Positions 18,060 through 30,637 are shown, counted from the stretch's first letter. The stretch: 38,367 nucleotides of DNA from Elusimicrobia bacterium RIFOXYA12_FULL_57_11 (GCA_001800275.1 MGVB01000096.1:1-38367); one strand, 5' to 3'. The notes: a model not told the origin generated them from the letters alone. Program-made: numbers and translations.

Positions 18060-19502
18060 CTACCGGGCCAACACCGCATTTTTGGGAACGTTAAAAATAA
18101 ACCGGCTGCCTTTACCTTTTTCCGATTCAACCCAGATGTAGCCCTTGTGCAGCTCCACCGACATTTTGCACATGGCCAGCCCCAGGCCAAAACCCATATG
18201 CTTGTGCTCCTCAAGCTGGGAATATTTATTAAAGATCTCTTTTCCCTTGCCCTCCGGTATGCCGGGCCCGGTATCCTCCACGGAAAACCGCAGCTGCCCG
18301 GCCTCTTCCCGGCAGGCCAGGGCAATGGCCCCTTCCGTCGGGGTAAATTTCAGGGCATTACCCACAAGGTTACTTATAACCCGCTCCAGCAGCCCGGCGT
18401 CGCCGGAAAAAACGGTTTTTTCCGGCACCGGCCGGACCGAAAGTTTTATTTTTTTGCGGGCGGCTAGGGGTTCGTGCGCCGCCAGCACGCGCTCCAGCAG
18501 TTCCCCCGCGTCTATATTCCCCAACTGCAGTTTCATGTCCCCGCGTTCCAGTTTTATGGTATTTAAAATATCGTTAATCATGCCGTTAAGCCGCTTGGAG
18601 GCGTCCAGTATCCTTTGCAGGTACTTGCCGGTTTCCGGCGTGCTCGTTATTAGTTTACCCAGGAGCTCTGCATATCCTTGTATGCTGGCCAGCGGGGTGC
18701 GCATATCATGCGTTATCATGTGGAAGAACGCCTCTTTCGCGTTGGCTATCTCTTTATCTCCGGTAACATCGCGGATGGCTATGGCGCGGCCTGGACGCTT
18801 TAAAGTTGCCAGCCGGAACTGGCTGGAAATGATGCTGAAAGTTTTATGCACCGGGCAGCCCGCGTTGGAAACGATGTCCTCGAGCTCGGATTCCAGGTAC
18901 TTTTCTTCGGAGGCAAGTATGCCCCGCAAAGCCGCGGCAAAAACTTCTTTCTGCACCGAACCGGGGATATTTATTTCTGGAGAAAGCTTGGGTATGCCCA
19001 TCAGCTTAAGCGCCGTCTGGTTGGAATAGATCAGCCCGCCCTTGTCGTCCACCAGCATTATGCCGTCGGTAATGGTTTCCACCAGGGCCTTGGCTTTAGC
19101 GCGCTCCTCCACCACCTGGTTAAGCTGGAAAGCGCGGTAGGCGCTGAGTTCCAGCATCAGCCGGTTCAGGGAAGAGGTGAGCACGCCGGCCTCAGGCCAG
19201 CCCTCCCTGGGGATGGCGGCCTCCAGGCGATAATCGGCGGCGATAAACTTTTTTACGCTGAAAGCGGCCTTTTCCATGGGCCGCGTAAGGCCCGCTATCA
19301 CTACGGACGCGGCAAAGAAGGCCGCAAGCGGCGCCAAAGCCGCGGCAAAGAGAAGAACATGTTGTTCCAAAACTCCGGGCAGCAGCGGCCCCGCTGCAAC
19401 CACCAGCAGCGGAAACAGCACCACGGCGAGCATTACCAGCCGCAGCCGGGAACTGGTTTTAATGGTTTGCTTCTGCTCACTTTTTACCATAGAGACCGCC
19501 AC
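18060..19502 (-). CDS. Membrane sensor histidine kinase (2 TM, HAMP-like and PAS-like regions, HisKA, HATPase_c)
   Basis: The H-box is FFHMITHDMRTPLASIQGYAELL. The N-box is LVGNALKFT. G-boxes are VEDTGPGIP and GFGLGLAMC. Confidence 0.9.
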   Translation of the reverse strand: MAVSMVKSEQKQTIKTSSRLRLVMLAVVLFPLLVVAAGPLLPGVLEQHVLLFAAALAPLAAFFAASVVIAGLTRPMEKAAFSVKKFIAADYRLEAAIPREGWPEAGVLTSSLNRLMLELSAYRAFQLNQVVEERAKAKALVETITDGIMLVDDKGGLIYSNQTALKLMGIPKLSPEINIPGSVQKEVFAAALRGILASEEKYLESELEDIVSNAGCPVHKTFSIISSQFRLATLKRPGRAIAIRDVTGDKEIANAKEAFFHMITHDMRTPLASIQGYAELLGKLITSTPETGKYLQRILDASKRLNGMINDILNTIKLERGDMKLQLGNIDAGELLERVLAAHEPLAARKKIKLSVRPVPEKTVFSGDAGLLERVISNLVGNALKFTPTEGAIALACREEAGQLRFSVEDTGPGIPEGKGKEIFNKYSQLEEHKHMGFGLGLAMCKMSVELHKGYIWVESEKGKGSRFIFNVPKNAVLAR

Positions 19503-19513
19503 CCGCTCACGCC

Positions 19514-20536
19514 TTATATTCCAAGTTCTTTCGCCGCCTGCTGTTTTTTGTCCGGCGGGAGAAAAGAACCTTCAACGGCGCATTTCAGCGTATACATGAT
19601 GTCAGCGTCCGAAAGCCCCATCTGCCCCAGGGCAAGCGCGTATTCTTTGTTCAAATCGGTGTCCAGGATCTCCGGGTCGTCGGCGCCTATAGTGCAGCGC
19701 AGACCCGCGCTGATAAATTTTTTAAGCGGGTGCTCTTTTATGGAAGGCACCGCGCGGGTAAGATAGTTGCTCCAGGGGTTGGTTTCCACGGTAATGCCGC
19801 GGTCCTTTATCAGGGCCATGGTCCGGCCGGAACCATCCTCGGCCGCTTTTACCCCGTGCCCTATGCGCCGCGGCGCAAGGGCATTTATCGTGTCCGTAAC
19901 CTGCGAGAACCGGCCCTCTTCACCGGAATGGACGGTAAGCGGCAGCCCGCAGGCATGGAGTTTTTTTACGGCCTCCCTGTAAATAACGGAAGGATAGTCC
20001 GCCTCGTTGTCCGCCAGGTCAAAACCTATCACGCTTTTTTTATTCTGGACCGCAAAATCTATGGTCTTGCGGGCGGATTCCAGCCCGTGGCTGCGCGAGG
20101 CGATGATTATTATGCCGCACACCATGTTGCTGTTCTTTTCAAATTTCAGCGCCGTGGCATCAATGAGGTCCTGCGCTTTCTGCCAGTCCAGCGCGCTGTT
20201 CTTGAACATGAAATCCGGACTATAGCGCAGTTCCAGCAGGCGGATATTTTCTTTTTGGCTGGCATCTTCCAGCGCCTCGTAAGTTATGCGCTCCACGGCC
20301 GCGTAGGACACGAAAGACGCCTGCGCCATTTCGAACATCCCCAGCACTTCCAGGAGCGAGCTCCCGGGCGCTCGCAGCTTATAGACCGGCTCCAGCACGG
20401 CCGCGTCGAAAGACGGTAATCTTAGTTTATGCTGCCGGGCGATATCTATTACGGTGCCTACGCGCACGCAGCCCTCTATATGGCGGTGCAGCTCCGCCTT
20501 GGGCATGCCCTTTATTTTTTCCGGGGTTTCAATCAT
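19514..20536 (-). CDS. add: Adenosine deaminase
   Basis: Motifs are MPKAELHRHIEG, SPDFM, TVHSGEE and GHG. The C-terminal part contains IGADDP. The track start at 20578 is a GTG overlapping the upstream stop, so I prefer ATG 20536 (MIETPEKIKGMPKAELH). Confidence 0.87.
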   Translation of the reverse strand: MIETPEKIKGMPKAELHRHIEGCVRVGTVIDIARQHKLRLPSFDAAVLEPVYKLRAPGSSLLEVLGMFEMAQASFVSYAAVERITYEALEDASQKENIRLLELRYSPDFMFKNSALDWQKAQDLIDATALKFEKNSNMVCGIIIIASRSHGLESARKTIDFAVQNKKSVIGFDLADNEADYPSVIYREAVKKLHACGLPLTVHSGEEGRFSQVTDTINALAPRRIGHGVKAAEDGSGRTMALIKDRGITVETNPWSNYLTRAVPSIKEHPLKKFISAGLRCTIGADDPEILDTDLNKEYALALGQMGLSDADIMYTLKCAVEGSFLPPDKKQQAAKELGI

Positions 20537-20577
20537 TGTAAGTCGGCGGGAGAGCTCCGGCGGCCGCGCCGCGCGCA

Positions 20578-21138
20578 CTATTGGCCCAGCAGCCCGGCCT
20601 TGAGCGCCTTATCCGCGGGAGCGTCGCCCAGCCACACTTTGAACAGCGTGTCAGAAAAATCCTTGCCCTCTATCTCCCCGGTAAGTTTGCCGTTCGCCTG
20701 CACTTCAAGCCCGGCGCCGGGGCGGTAGGTAAATACCAGCTTATCACCTTTTTTAACGTCCGGGATAAGCGTCGCGAATTTTTTAATGCGCTCTTCAAGC
20801 CCCTTGTAAGCCGGTCCGGCGTTCTTTTCAAAACCGCCCGAGATGGCGCCGGCCACATCCGCGCCGTCCACGGAGCGCAAAAAAGCCAGCTCCATACGCT
20901 TTACCTGCTCCACAGCGGCTATCTCCAACCCGGCCGCGGATTTTTTCTCCAGGTACAGCCCGGCCACATACACCTTGAATACCACTTTTGTGCGCACCCC
21001 CATGCCGTTAAGCTTAAGGTCCACGCCCTGTACGGACAGCTGCTCCGGCATGGCAACGCCCTTCAGCGTGCGGGTTTCCACTCCGCCCAACAAAGCCGCC
21101 GGCAGCGCCAGCAGCAGCATCAGCGATATTTTTTTCAT
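20578..21138 (-). CDS. Chalcone-isomerase-like (Chalcone_3 / fatty-acid-binding-like) secreted protein
   Basis: A signal peptide is followed by LKLNGMGVRTKVVFKVYVAGLYLEKK, typical of bacterial CHI-like proteins. GGAGGAAAC lies upstream of the ATG. Confidence 0.75.
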   Translation of the reverse strand: MKKISLMLLLALPAALLGGVETRTLKGVAMPEQLSVQGVDLKLNGMGVRTKVVFKVYVAGLYLEKKSAAGLEIAAVEQVKRMELAFLRSVDGADVAGAISGGFEKNAGPAYKGLEERIKKFATLIPDVKKGDKLVFTYRPGAGLEVQANGKLTGEIEGKDFSDTLFKVWLGDAPADKALKAGLLGQ

Positions 21139-21160
21139 GTTTCCTCCAGGCTCACAGAAT

Positions 21161-22000
21161 TCACTTGCCGTCTTTAAACAACCGCGCAGCCTTGTTGTTC
21201 GAGGTAACTATCCCGGTTATCATGGCCGAACTGAACCCGTGGTGCTCCATTTCATTAAGCCCTTCTATGGTGCAGCCGCGCGGGGTGGTAACCTTGTCTA
21301 TTTCACTTTCCGGGTGGCCCTGCCGGTTCAGCAGCAGCGAGGCCGCGCCCCGCGCCGTCTGCGCGGCCATCACAAGCGCCTCCCGCGAATGAAACCCTAT
21401 CTGCGTGCCGCCCTGCGAGGCGGCGCGTATGGCGCGCAGGAAGAATGCTATGCCGCAGCCGGCCAGCGCGGTAGCGGAAAGCATAAGTTCTTCGTTGATG
21501 ACCAGCGTTTTGCCCAGCGCGTCAAAAACCTCTTTGGCCCGGCCCAGGGCGGCGCGGCTCTCCGGCGCGGCGCACAGGCAGGTCATGGCCTCCCTTATGG
21601 CTATGGCGGTATTGGACATTGCCCGGACCACGCTGACGTTCTTGCCGAGCCAGGCCTTCAGCTGCGCCGTGGTAACCCCGGAAACTATAGAGATAACGAT
21701 ATGCCGGCCGGGCCGCAGGACAGGCCGTATTTCCTTTACCAGCGCCTCCGCCTGCTGCGGGCCTACTGCCAGGATTATTATTTCCGCGCTTTTTACCGCC
21801 GTCCTGTTGTCGCACCCTACGCTAAAATGCTCTCCCCGCAGTTCCTCCAAAAGTTCCGCCCGGCGGCGGGTGAGTATTATCTCCTGCGGCCGTAAGTTCC
21901 CCGCCGCGGCCAGGCCGCGCGCTATGGCGGAGCCTATGTTCCCGGCACCCAGCACGGCTACTTTAGCCGCGCCGGCTTTAACGTTATTGCGCTTTTTCAT
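21161..22000 (-). CDS. proC: Pyrroline-5-carboxylate reductase
   Basis: It has the Rossmann motif VAVLGAGNIGSAIARGL. The C-terminal P5CR dimerisation motif is VTTPRGCTIEGL. Confidence 0.9.
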   Translation of the reverse strand: MKKRNNVKAGAAKVAVLGAGNIGSAIARGLAAAGNLRPQEIILTRRRAELLEELRGEHFSVGCDNRTAVKSAEIIILAVGPQQAEALVKEIRPVLRPGRHIVISIVSGVTTAQLKAWLGKNVSVVRAMSNTAIAIREAMTCLCAAPESRAALGRAKEVFDALGKTLVINEELMLSATALAGCGIAFFLRAIRAASQGGTQIGFHSREALVMAAQTARGAASLLLNRQGHPESEIDKVTTPRGCTIEGLNEMEHHGFSSAMITGIVTSNNKAARLFKDGK

Positions 22001-22017
22001 TTATCTCCCCCGTCCGC

Positions 22018-22617
22018 TCAGGCGGCCAGAAACTTTTTTATGCCGGTCATTATCATCTGCACGGAAATGGTCACCAGTATCATCCCCATAAGTTTTTCCA
22101 TGGCCAACAGGCCACGGGCCCCGAGCAGCCTGGAAAGCCAGCCGGACATGCCGCCCAGGATGGCGGCGTTGATAAGCCAGGAAAACCCCACCACTCCGGC
22201 CCAGGCGCTCAGGCGGCCCGGGTCCTGCAGCGAGAACAGCAAGATGGTAGTAAGGGTGGACGGCCCGGCTATAAGCGGTATAGCCAGCGGCACGATGAAC
22301 GGCTCTCCCCCGGGGTTGTCGGCGAAATGGGAATGATTAGTGGGAAAGATCATCTGCAGCGCTATCAAAAACAGCACTATGCCCCCGGCCACCGACATGG
22401 CCGTCAGGTCCAGCGCCAGCGCCGAAACCATATATTTCCCGAAAAGCAGAAAAAAAACCATTATCCCCAACGCGATGCACAGCTCCCGGGCTATAACTAC
22501 CCGGCGGCGCTCCTCCGTAACGCCTTTCAAAGAGGACATGAACATGGGGATATTTCCCAGCGGGTCCATAACCAGGGTAAGAGTGAAAACCGAAGAGACG
22601 AATAATGTCAAGTCCAT
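22018..22617 (-). CDS. MarC-family (UPF0056 / NAAT) integral membrane protein
   Basis: The N-terminus FTLTLVMDPLGNIPMFMS is typical of MarC proteins. The 199 aa contain about 6 TM helices. Confidence 0.87.
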   Translation of the reverse strand: MDLTLFVSSVFTLTLVMDPLGNIPMFMSSLKGVTEERRRVVIARELCIALGIMVFFLLFGKYMVSALALDLTAMSVAGGIVLFLIALQMIFPTNHSHFADNPGGEPFIVPLAIPLIAGPSTLTTILLFSLQDPGRLSAWAGVVGFSWLINAAILGGMSGWLSRLLGARGLLAMEKLMGMILVTISVQMIMTGIKKFLAA

Positions 22618-22624
22618 AAATAAA

Positions 22625-22676
22625 CCGGGGGCCGGCTGGCGGGCGGATAAATAAGCGCCCGGTCACCGGCCCCCGG
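22625..22676 (-). terminator. Terminator or attenuator-like hairpin filling the gyrA-marC spacer
   Basis: An 11-bp perfect inverted repeat CCGGGGGCCGG (22625-22635) / CCGGCCCCCGG (22666-22676) encloses a 30-nt loop. On the minus strand it is followed by TTTATTT and then directly by the marC ATG. Confidence 0.4.
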
Positions 22677-22682
22677 GTGTCC

Positions 22683-25190
22683 CTATTTTTTTTCTTCGGC
22701 GGAAGCCGCGGGCGTCTCGCCGTCGTCTATCACGGGCTCCACGGAGGCTATCTTGTCGCCTTCCTCCATGCGCACCAGGCGGACGCCCTGGGTGTTGCGG
22801 CTGATGACACGCAGCGTCTTGCAGGGCATGCGGATGATCTTGCCCTTCTCTGTCATCACCATCAGGTGGTCCTTGTTCTCCACCAGATATATACCCACCA
22901 CCGCGCCGTTGCGGTCGGTAGCCTTGATGGTGATAACGCCGGAACCACCGCGGTTCTGGTGGCGGTATTCGTCGAGGTCCGTGCGTTTGCCAAAACCCAG
23001 TTCGCAGACGGTCAGAAGAGTCTTCTTGGTCTTGGGCTCGGCCACTTCCATGCCGATAACCGTGTCGGTCTTGTCCAGGCGGATACCGCGCACGCCCATA
23101 GCCCCGCGACCCATGGAGCGCACGTCAGACTCGCTGAAGCGGATGGACATGCCTTCCTTGGTGCCTATGATGATCTCATAGTTCCCGTCGGTATGTCCCA
23201 CGCTGGTCAGGATGTCGCCGTCCTCCAGGCCGATGGCGATGATGCCGCCCTTGCGGATATTGGCGAAGTCCGAGATCGGAGTCTTCTTGATGTTGCCCTT
23301 GCGGGTGCACATCACTATAAAGCTTTCCTTTCCCTTGGCTTCAGCGAAGGATTCGATGGCCAGCACCGAGGTTACCCGCTCGTCCTTGATCTGCAGCAGG
23401 TTCACTATGGCCTTGCCGCGCGAAGTGCGGTTGCCCTCGGGAATCTCGTAGCCCTTAAGCGCGTATACCTTGCCGCGGGTGGTGAACATAAGTATAGTGG
23501 CATGGCTCGAGGTGATGAAGAGCTTCTCGATGAAGTCCTCTTCTTTCACGTCAGAGCCTATAATGCCCTTGCCGCCGCGGCCCTGCACCTTGTAGGTGTC
23601 GGCCGGGATGCGCTTGATATACCCGCCGTGGGACATGGTGATGATCACTTCTTCCTCGGGGATAAGGTCTTCTATGTCGAGCTCGGCAGCTTCGCCGGTT
23701 ATCTCGGTCTGGCGCTTGTCGCCGTATTTCGCCCTCATCTCTTTCAGCTCGTCTACTATTATCTGGAGGACGCGCTTGGGGTCGGCCAGAATGGCGCGCA
23801 GCTCGGCCACCAGCTTCATCAGTGCCTTGTGCTCTTCCTCTATGGCGCCTGTCTCCAGGCGGGTGAGCTGGTGCAGGCGCATGTCGAGTATTGCCTGGGC
23901 CTGTATGTCCGACAGCGCGAACTTCGCCATCAGCTTGCCCTTGGCCTCCAGAGCGTCCTTGGATTTCTTTATGATCTCCACCACGGCGTCTATGTTCTGG
24001 AGCGCGATCAGGTAGCCTTCCAGGATGTGGGCACGGGCCAGGGCTTTTTTAAGGTCGTATTTGGTGCGGTTCACCACCATCAGGCGGCGGTGACGCACGT
24101 ACTGCAACATCACTTCTTTGATGGGCAGCACGCGGGGCCGGCCGTCCACTATGGCCAGCATGATTACGCCGAAGGAGGCTTCCATCTGTGTATGCTTGTA
24201 GAGCTGGTTCAGCACCACCTGGGCGTTGCCATCGCGCTTTATCTCTATTACGATGCGCATGCCGCGGCGGTCCGACTCGTCACGGAGGTCGGAGATGTCG
24301 GGGATCTTCTTCTCTTTTACCAGGTTCGCTATATTTTCTATCAGCGTGGATTTATTGACCTGGTACGGGATCTCGGTGACCACTATACATTCCCGGTTGC
24401 CCTTCATCTCTTCTATTTCGGCGCGGGCCTGCGTGCTGATGGATCCGCGGCCGGTCTCGAAATAATCCCTTATACCCTTGCGGCCGCGGATAATGCCGCC
24501 CGTGGGGAAGTCGGGCCCCTTGATAAGCTTCATCAGTTCTTTGGTCTCGAGGTTCGGGTTGTCTATCAGGGCGATGGTCGCGTCGCAAACCTCGGTAAGG
24601 TTATGCGTGGGGATATTGGTGGCCATGCCCACGGCGATGCCGGAGGAACCGTTGATCAGGAGGTTAGGGAGTTTAGCAGGCAACACCGACGGCTCGGTCA
24701 TGGAGCCGTCGTAGTTGGGCACAAACTTCACCGTTTCTTTTTCGATGTCGGCCAGCAGTTCGCCGGCTATTCCGGAGAGGCGGGCCTCGGTGTAACGCAT
24801 GGCAGCCGCGGGGTCACCGTCCACCGAGCCGAAGTTGCCCTGCCCGTCCACCAGCATGTAGCGCAGCGAAAACGGCTGGGCCATGCGGACCAGCGTGTCG
24901 TAAATGGAGGCGTCGCCGTGCGGGTGGTACTTACCCATCACGTCGCCTACAATGCGTGCGGATTTCTTGAAGGGCTTGTTGTGCTGCAGGCCCATGTCGT
25001 CCATAGTGTAAAGCACGCGGCGGTGGACGGGCTTGAGGCCGTCGCGAACGTCGGGCAGCGCCCGGCCCACTATAACGCTCATGGAATAGTCGATATAGGA
25101 GGATTTCATCTCCTCGCTGATATCCCGGTCCACGATGTTGATGAACATGTTTTCCGTCTGCTTCGGTGTAAGATCTTTATGTTCTGCCAT
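22683..25190 (-). CDS. gyrA: DNA gyrase subunit A
   Basis: It has the QRDR context [20 protein letters not shown] and the catalytic Tyr region [10 protein letters not shown]. The C-terminal beta-pinwheel repeats are present. Length is 835 aa. Confidence 0.97.
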   Translation of the reverse strand: MAEHKDLTPKQTENMFINIVDRDISEEMKSSYIDYSMSVIVGRALPDVRDGLKPVHRRVLYTMDDMGLQHNKPFKKSARIVGDVMGKYHPHGDASIYDTLVRMAQPFSLRYMLVDGQGNFGSVDGDPAAAMRYTEARLSGIAGELLADIEKETVKFVPNYDGSMTEPSVLPAKLPNLLINGSSGIAVGMATNIPTHNLTEVCDATIALIDNPNLETKELMKLIKGPDFPTGGIIRGRKGIRDYFETGRGSISTQARAEIEEMKGNRECIVVTEIPYQVNKSTLIENIANLVKEKKIPDISDLRDESDRRGMRIVIEIKRDGNAQVVLNQLYKHTQMEASFGVIMLAIVDGRPRVLPIKEVMLQYVRHRRLMVVNRTKYDLKKALARAHILEGYLIALQNIDAVVEIIKKSKDALEAKGKLMAKFALSDIQAQAILDMRLHQLTRLETGAIEEEHKALMKLVAELRAILADPKRVLQIIVDELKEMRAKYGDKRQTEITGEAAELDIEDLIPEEEVIITMSHGGYIKRIPADTYKVQGRGGKGIIGSDVKEEDFIEKLFITSSHATILMFTTRGKVYALKGYEIPEGNRTSRGKAIVNLLQIKDERVTSVLAIESFAEAKGKESFIVMCTRKGNIKKTPISDFANIRKGGIIAIGLEDGDILTSVGHTDGNYEIIIGTKEGMSIRFSESDVRSMGRGAMGVRGIRLDKTDTVIGMEVAEPKTKKTLLTVCELGFGKRTDLDEYRHQNRGGSGVITIKATDRNGAVVGIYLVENKDHLMVMTEKGKIIRMPCKTLRVISRNTQGVRLVRMEEGDKIASVEPVIDDGETPAASAEEKK

Positions 25191-25208
25191 TTTATATCGC
25201 TCCGTTAA

Positions 25209-27692
<2,484 letters not shown>

Positions 27693-27712
27693 CTAACTCC
27701 TGTGGAATTTAT

Positions 27713-28018
27713 TTAAATTTTCGTGGCTGTTTTTACGGCTTTTATCCAAGGCTGTTTAAAATACTTATTCAAATTTTTAACTATCTCCGGCCCGCGGAGT
27801 ATGAGTTCGCTGGCGGCCGCGGAAGAAACCGGCTTCACAAGGATAAAACTCCCGTCCACTCCAAGTAGAACGCAATGCTGGCTAAGCCGGCCGAACTCTT
27901 TTCTCCATACCGCCTCCAGTATAGCCAGCCGCTCCGGGAAAATCCCTCCCAGAAATTTACGCGTAGCGCACACTTCGGCCGCGCGTGTCCAGTTTGAGCT
28001 GCGCCGGGTAAGGAACAT
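27713..28018 (-). CDS. DUF721-domain protein (DciA-like)
   Basis: A 101-aa basic protein sits in the conserved dnaN-gyrB slot. The pattern LEAVWRKEFG...HCVLLGVDGSFILVKPVSSAAASEL matches the usual DUF721 pattern (W..ivG..la.ht....l..g.L.V.v.s.awa.eL). Confidence 0.75.
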   Translation of the reverse strand: MFLTRRSSNWTRAAEVCATRKFLGGIFPERLAILEAVWRKEFGRLSQHCVLLGVDGSFILVKPVSSAAASELILRGPEIVKNLNKYFKQPWIKAVKTATKI

Positions 28019-28029
28019 TTATAGGCGCC

Positions 28030-29148
28030 TTATTGGGTTCTGAGCGGCATTATTATGTAAATAAGGTCTTCCCGCCCTTTTACCCTTATTATGGCCGGAG
28101 TAGACGGGGTAGTGAATTCCGCCGAGAGTTCTTTTTCCCCGGACACTTTAAGTATATCGAGTATAAACTTGGGATTAAAACTTATCTGAAAATCCTTCCC
28201 TTTGTAATCAACGGCTATTTCGTCCTCAAAATCCATGCTTTGGGAAGAGGAATTAACGACAAGAACCCCGGTCTTGAAAGTATATTTCACGGAGCCGGAC
28301 CTCTCGCTGGAACAGATGGCCGCGCGCTTGGTAACCCCCAGCAGGGAGGAAGCGTTAATCTTTATCTCTATTTCATGGGTTTTAGGTATTATCTGTTCAT
28401 ATGCGGGAAAATTCCCCTCTATCAGGCGGGAGATAAAAACCGTTTTAGCTATACGGAACCCTATCTGGTTGGAGGACAGGCCGACGGTTACCTCTTCTTT
28501 TTCTTCTATTTCCTGGCTTTTAATGAACCTGGAGATTTCCCCCATTATTTTAGAGGGAACTATTACCTTGAAATCTTTCTTCGCTTTTACTTTCCTGGAG
28601 GAAGTTATGGCCAGCCGCCTGCCATCGGTAGCTACCAGAGAGAACAGGTCTTTTTCATACTTCCACAGCAGTCCGTTAAGAAAATGCCTGTCATCCTCGG
28701 TAGACGCGGAGAATATTGTGCTGTTTATCATTTCCGCCAGTACTTTTGCCGGGATTTTAAAAGATTCTTTCTCCTCCAGGTCCGGGATAACTGGATAATC
28801 GTTTTTGGAAGCACCGCCCATCTTGAACCGGGCTTTTCCGCTTAATATAGAAATCCTGTTGCTTTCATCCACCGTTATGTTTATTTCCGCTTCTTCTCCC
28901 AGGTTCTGTACTATTTCCATGAATTTTTTTATGGGGATGGTAGTGCTGCCTTCGGTCTTTATATTTACGGGTATATGGTGTTTTATCGCCATCTCCAGAT
29001 CTGTAAATACAACTTTAATGCCTTTGTCTTCCGTTTCCATCAGGAAATTCTGCAATATGGGGATGGTTCCGGTTTTCGAGGAAACACCAGCCTGTATGGT
29101 TTGAAGGCCTTTTAGAAGTTTTTCTCTGGTACTGGATATTTTCATCAT
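28030..29148 (-). CDS. dnaN: DNA polymerase III beta sliding clamp
   Basis: The 372-aa ORF is in the canonical position after dnaA. Typical clamp features are LLKGLQTIQAGVSSKTGTIPILQNFL, LVATDGRRLA and RLIEGNFPAYEQIIP. Confidence 0.95.
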   Translation of the reverse strand: MMKISSTREKLLKGLQTIQAGVSSKTGTIPILQNFLMETEDKGIKVVFTDLEMAIKHHIPVNIKTEGSTTIPIKKFMEIVQNLGEEAEINITVDESNRISILSGKARFKMGGASKNDYPVIPDLEEKESFKIPAKVLAEMINSTIFSASTEDDRHFLNGLLWKYEKDLFSLVATDGRRLAITSSRKVKAKKDFKVIVPSKIMGEISRFIKSQEIEEKEEVTVGLSSNQIGFRIAKTVFISRLIEGNFPAYEQIIPKTHEIEIKINASSLLGVTKRAAICSSERSGSVKYTFKTGVLVVNSSSQSMDFEDEIAVDYKGKDFQISFNPKFILDILKVSGEKELSAEFTTPSTPAIIRVKGREDLIYIIMPLRTQ

Positions 29149-29269
29149 ATTATTCCTCTATAAGATGCGTTGTTTGCGGTATCAGCGGCGCTTAGATCAT
29201 TGGGGAAAGTTATGAACAGTTTATTAATTATTACCAACAAGCTTAACAAAAAACAAGAGTATAAGACCT

Positions 29270-30625
29270 TTATCCGGAGTTACTGACATTCTTTATTTTA
29301 GAAAGCATCTGGTTTATTGTCTCGTTAAAATAGGGGTCGGTCTGCAGCAGCTGGCTTATTTTGTTCTTGGCGTACATTACCGTGGCGTGGTCGCGGCCAA
29401 AAGCCTCCCCTATATCCTTCAGGGTGAGGTCCGTCAGGGTGCAGGCCAGATACATGGCCACCTGCCGCGGGAAAGCCAGGGCCTCGCTTCTTTTCTTGGC
29501 GCTGAAGTCCTTAAGCTCTAAATTGTATTTTTCGGCGACCACGTCTTTTATAAGGTCTATGGTCACTTTTTTTTCTTCCTGGTCCGGATCGTTGATGTGA
29601 TCCTTTATTATTTCCTTTACCGCGTCGATGGAGGGGTTTATCTTCATGTTGGAGCAGAAATTACCCACCGTTATAAGGCACCCTTCCAGTTCCCGGATGC
29701 TCTTTTTTACGTTTTCGGCTATAAAAGTTATTATATCGTCGGGGATGTCATAGGTGTGCTGGTCGCGTTTCTGGCGCAGAATGGCCACGCGGGTTTCGAA
29801 ATCGGGCAGTTTAATGTCGGCTACTACCCCCTGCAGGAAGCGCGAAACGAGGCGCTGCCCCATGGCCAGTTCCCTGGGGGGGCGGTCGGAGGTTATAACC
29901 ACCTGCTTTTTTGATTCAAAAAGGGCGTTGAAGGTATAGAAAAATTCTTCTTCGCTGCGCTCTTTGTCCACAAGAAACTGTATATCGTCCAGCAGCAGGC
30001 AGTCCAGCTTGCGGTATTTGCTGCGGAAAGCCTCCGCGCCGTCGGCCTTGCCCCTCACCGCGTCTATGTATTCGTTAACGAAGGTTTCACTGGCGGTATA
30101 ATGAATGCGGGCGGAGTTGTTGGCTTTCAGAATGCCGTGCGCTATGGCGTGCAGCAGGTGCGTTTTTCCCAGGCCCGGGGCGCTGTATATAAAAAAAGGG
30201 TTTTGGCCCGGGTTTTTTGCCACTCCCTCGGCGGAGGCGTAAGCAAAGCGATTGGAAGCTCCCACTATAAAACTGTCAAAGGTGTAGTGGGGATTGAAAG
30301 AATACAGGTTTGAGGGCGCCGGAGCGGCGGCCGGCGGCGGCGCGGGGCGAACCTGCTGTGAAGAGGGCGCGAGAGACATTGAATAATCTATTCTCACTTT
30401 TTTCCCCGTCAGGGGCAACAGAAGGTTTATTATTTTCTCTTCGTAACGCTCTTTTACGGTGTTATATATGATGGAGTCCGGAACTTCCAACTTTAAAGTG
30501 TCGTTTTCTATATAAAGCGGTTTAATGGGGCGTATCCAGAGCGCGGTGGCATCAGCGCCTATTTCCGCTTCCAGATTTTTTATGGCCGTTTGCCATATTT
30601 CCTTGATATCGGTTAAGTTATCCAC
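29270..30625 (-). CDS. dnaA: Chromosomal replication initiator DnaA (GTG start)
   Basis: It has the AAA+ Walker A PFFIYSAPGLGKTHLLHAI and Walker B CLLLDDIQFL. The sensor region is ITSDRPP. The domain IV DNA-binding signature is DIGEAFGRDHATVMYA. Codon 30623-30625 is CAC on the plus strand, so the start is GTG. Confidence 0.96.
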   Translation of the reverse strand: MDNLTDIKEIWQTAIKNLEAEIGADATALWIRPIKPLYIENDTLKLEVPDSIIYNTVKERYEEKIINLLLPLTGKKVRIDYSMSLAPSSQQVRPAPPPAAAPAPSNLYSFNPHYTFDSFIVGASNRFAYASAEGVAKNPGQNPFFIYSAPGLGKTHLLHAIAHGILKANNSARIHYTASETFVNEYIDAVRGKADGAEAFRSKYRKLDCLLLDDIQFLVDKERSEEEFFYTFNALFESKKQVVITSDRPPRELAMGQRLVSRFLQGVVADIKLPDFETRVAILRQKRDQHTYDIPDDIITFIAENVKKSIRELEGCLITVGNFCSNMKINPSIDAVKEIIKDHINDPDQEEKKVTIDLIKDVVAEKYNLELKDFSAKKRSEALAFPRQVAMYLACTLTDLTLKDIGEAFGRDHATVMYAKNKISQLLQTDPYFNETINQMLSKIKNVSNSG

Positions 30626-30637
30626 AAGTTATCCACA
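30618..30637 (+). promoter_or_regulatory. Two tandem perfect DnaA boxes (TTATCCACA)
   Basis: TTATCCACA occurs at 30618-30626 and again at 30629-30637, 11 bp centre to centre. The first box overlaps the dnaA GTG start codon. Confidence 0.8.

Noticed and set aside
22677-25208. An 843-aa plus-strand ORF covers the whole of gyrA in antisense. Similar long antisense ORFs lie over gyrB (26064..27716), ettA (12268..13785), pilT and the cNMP gene (36561..38183), and the first gene (14..775, 782..1189, 1397..1921).
   Set aside because: All lie in the same codon register as the real gene on the other strand. That frame stays open whenever the sense gene avoids TTA, CTA and TCA codons, as these GC-biased genes do. 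Their translations are H/V/A/G/L/R-rich low-complexity strings with no recognisable motif. The sense frames carry complete canonical motifs. They are a codon-bias artefact, not overlapping genes.
29149-29269. The dnaA-dnaN spacer considered as the replication origin.
   Set aside because: Only one degenerate box (TTATGAACA, 29210-29218, two mismatches) is present, with a modest AT-rich run. The spacer upstream of dnaA has two perfect boxes and a stronger AT-rich tract. The possibility is not excluded, but it is the weaker candidate.
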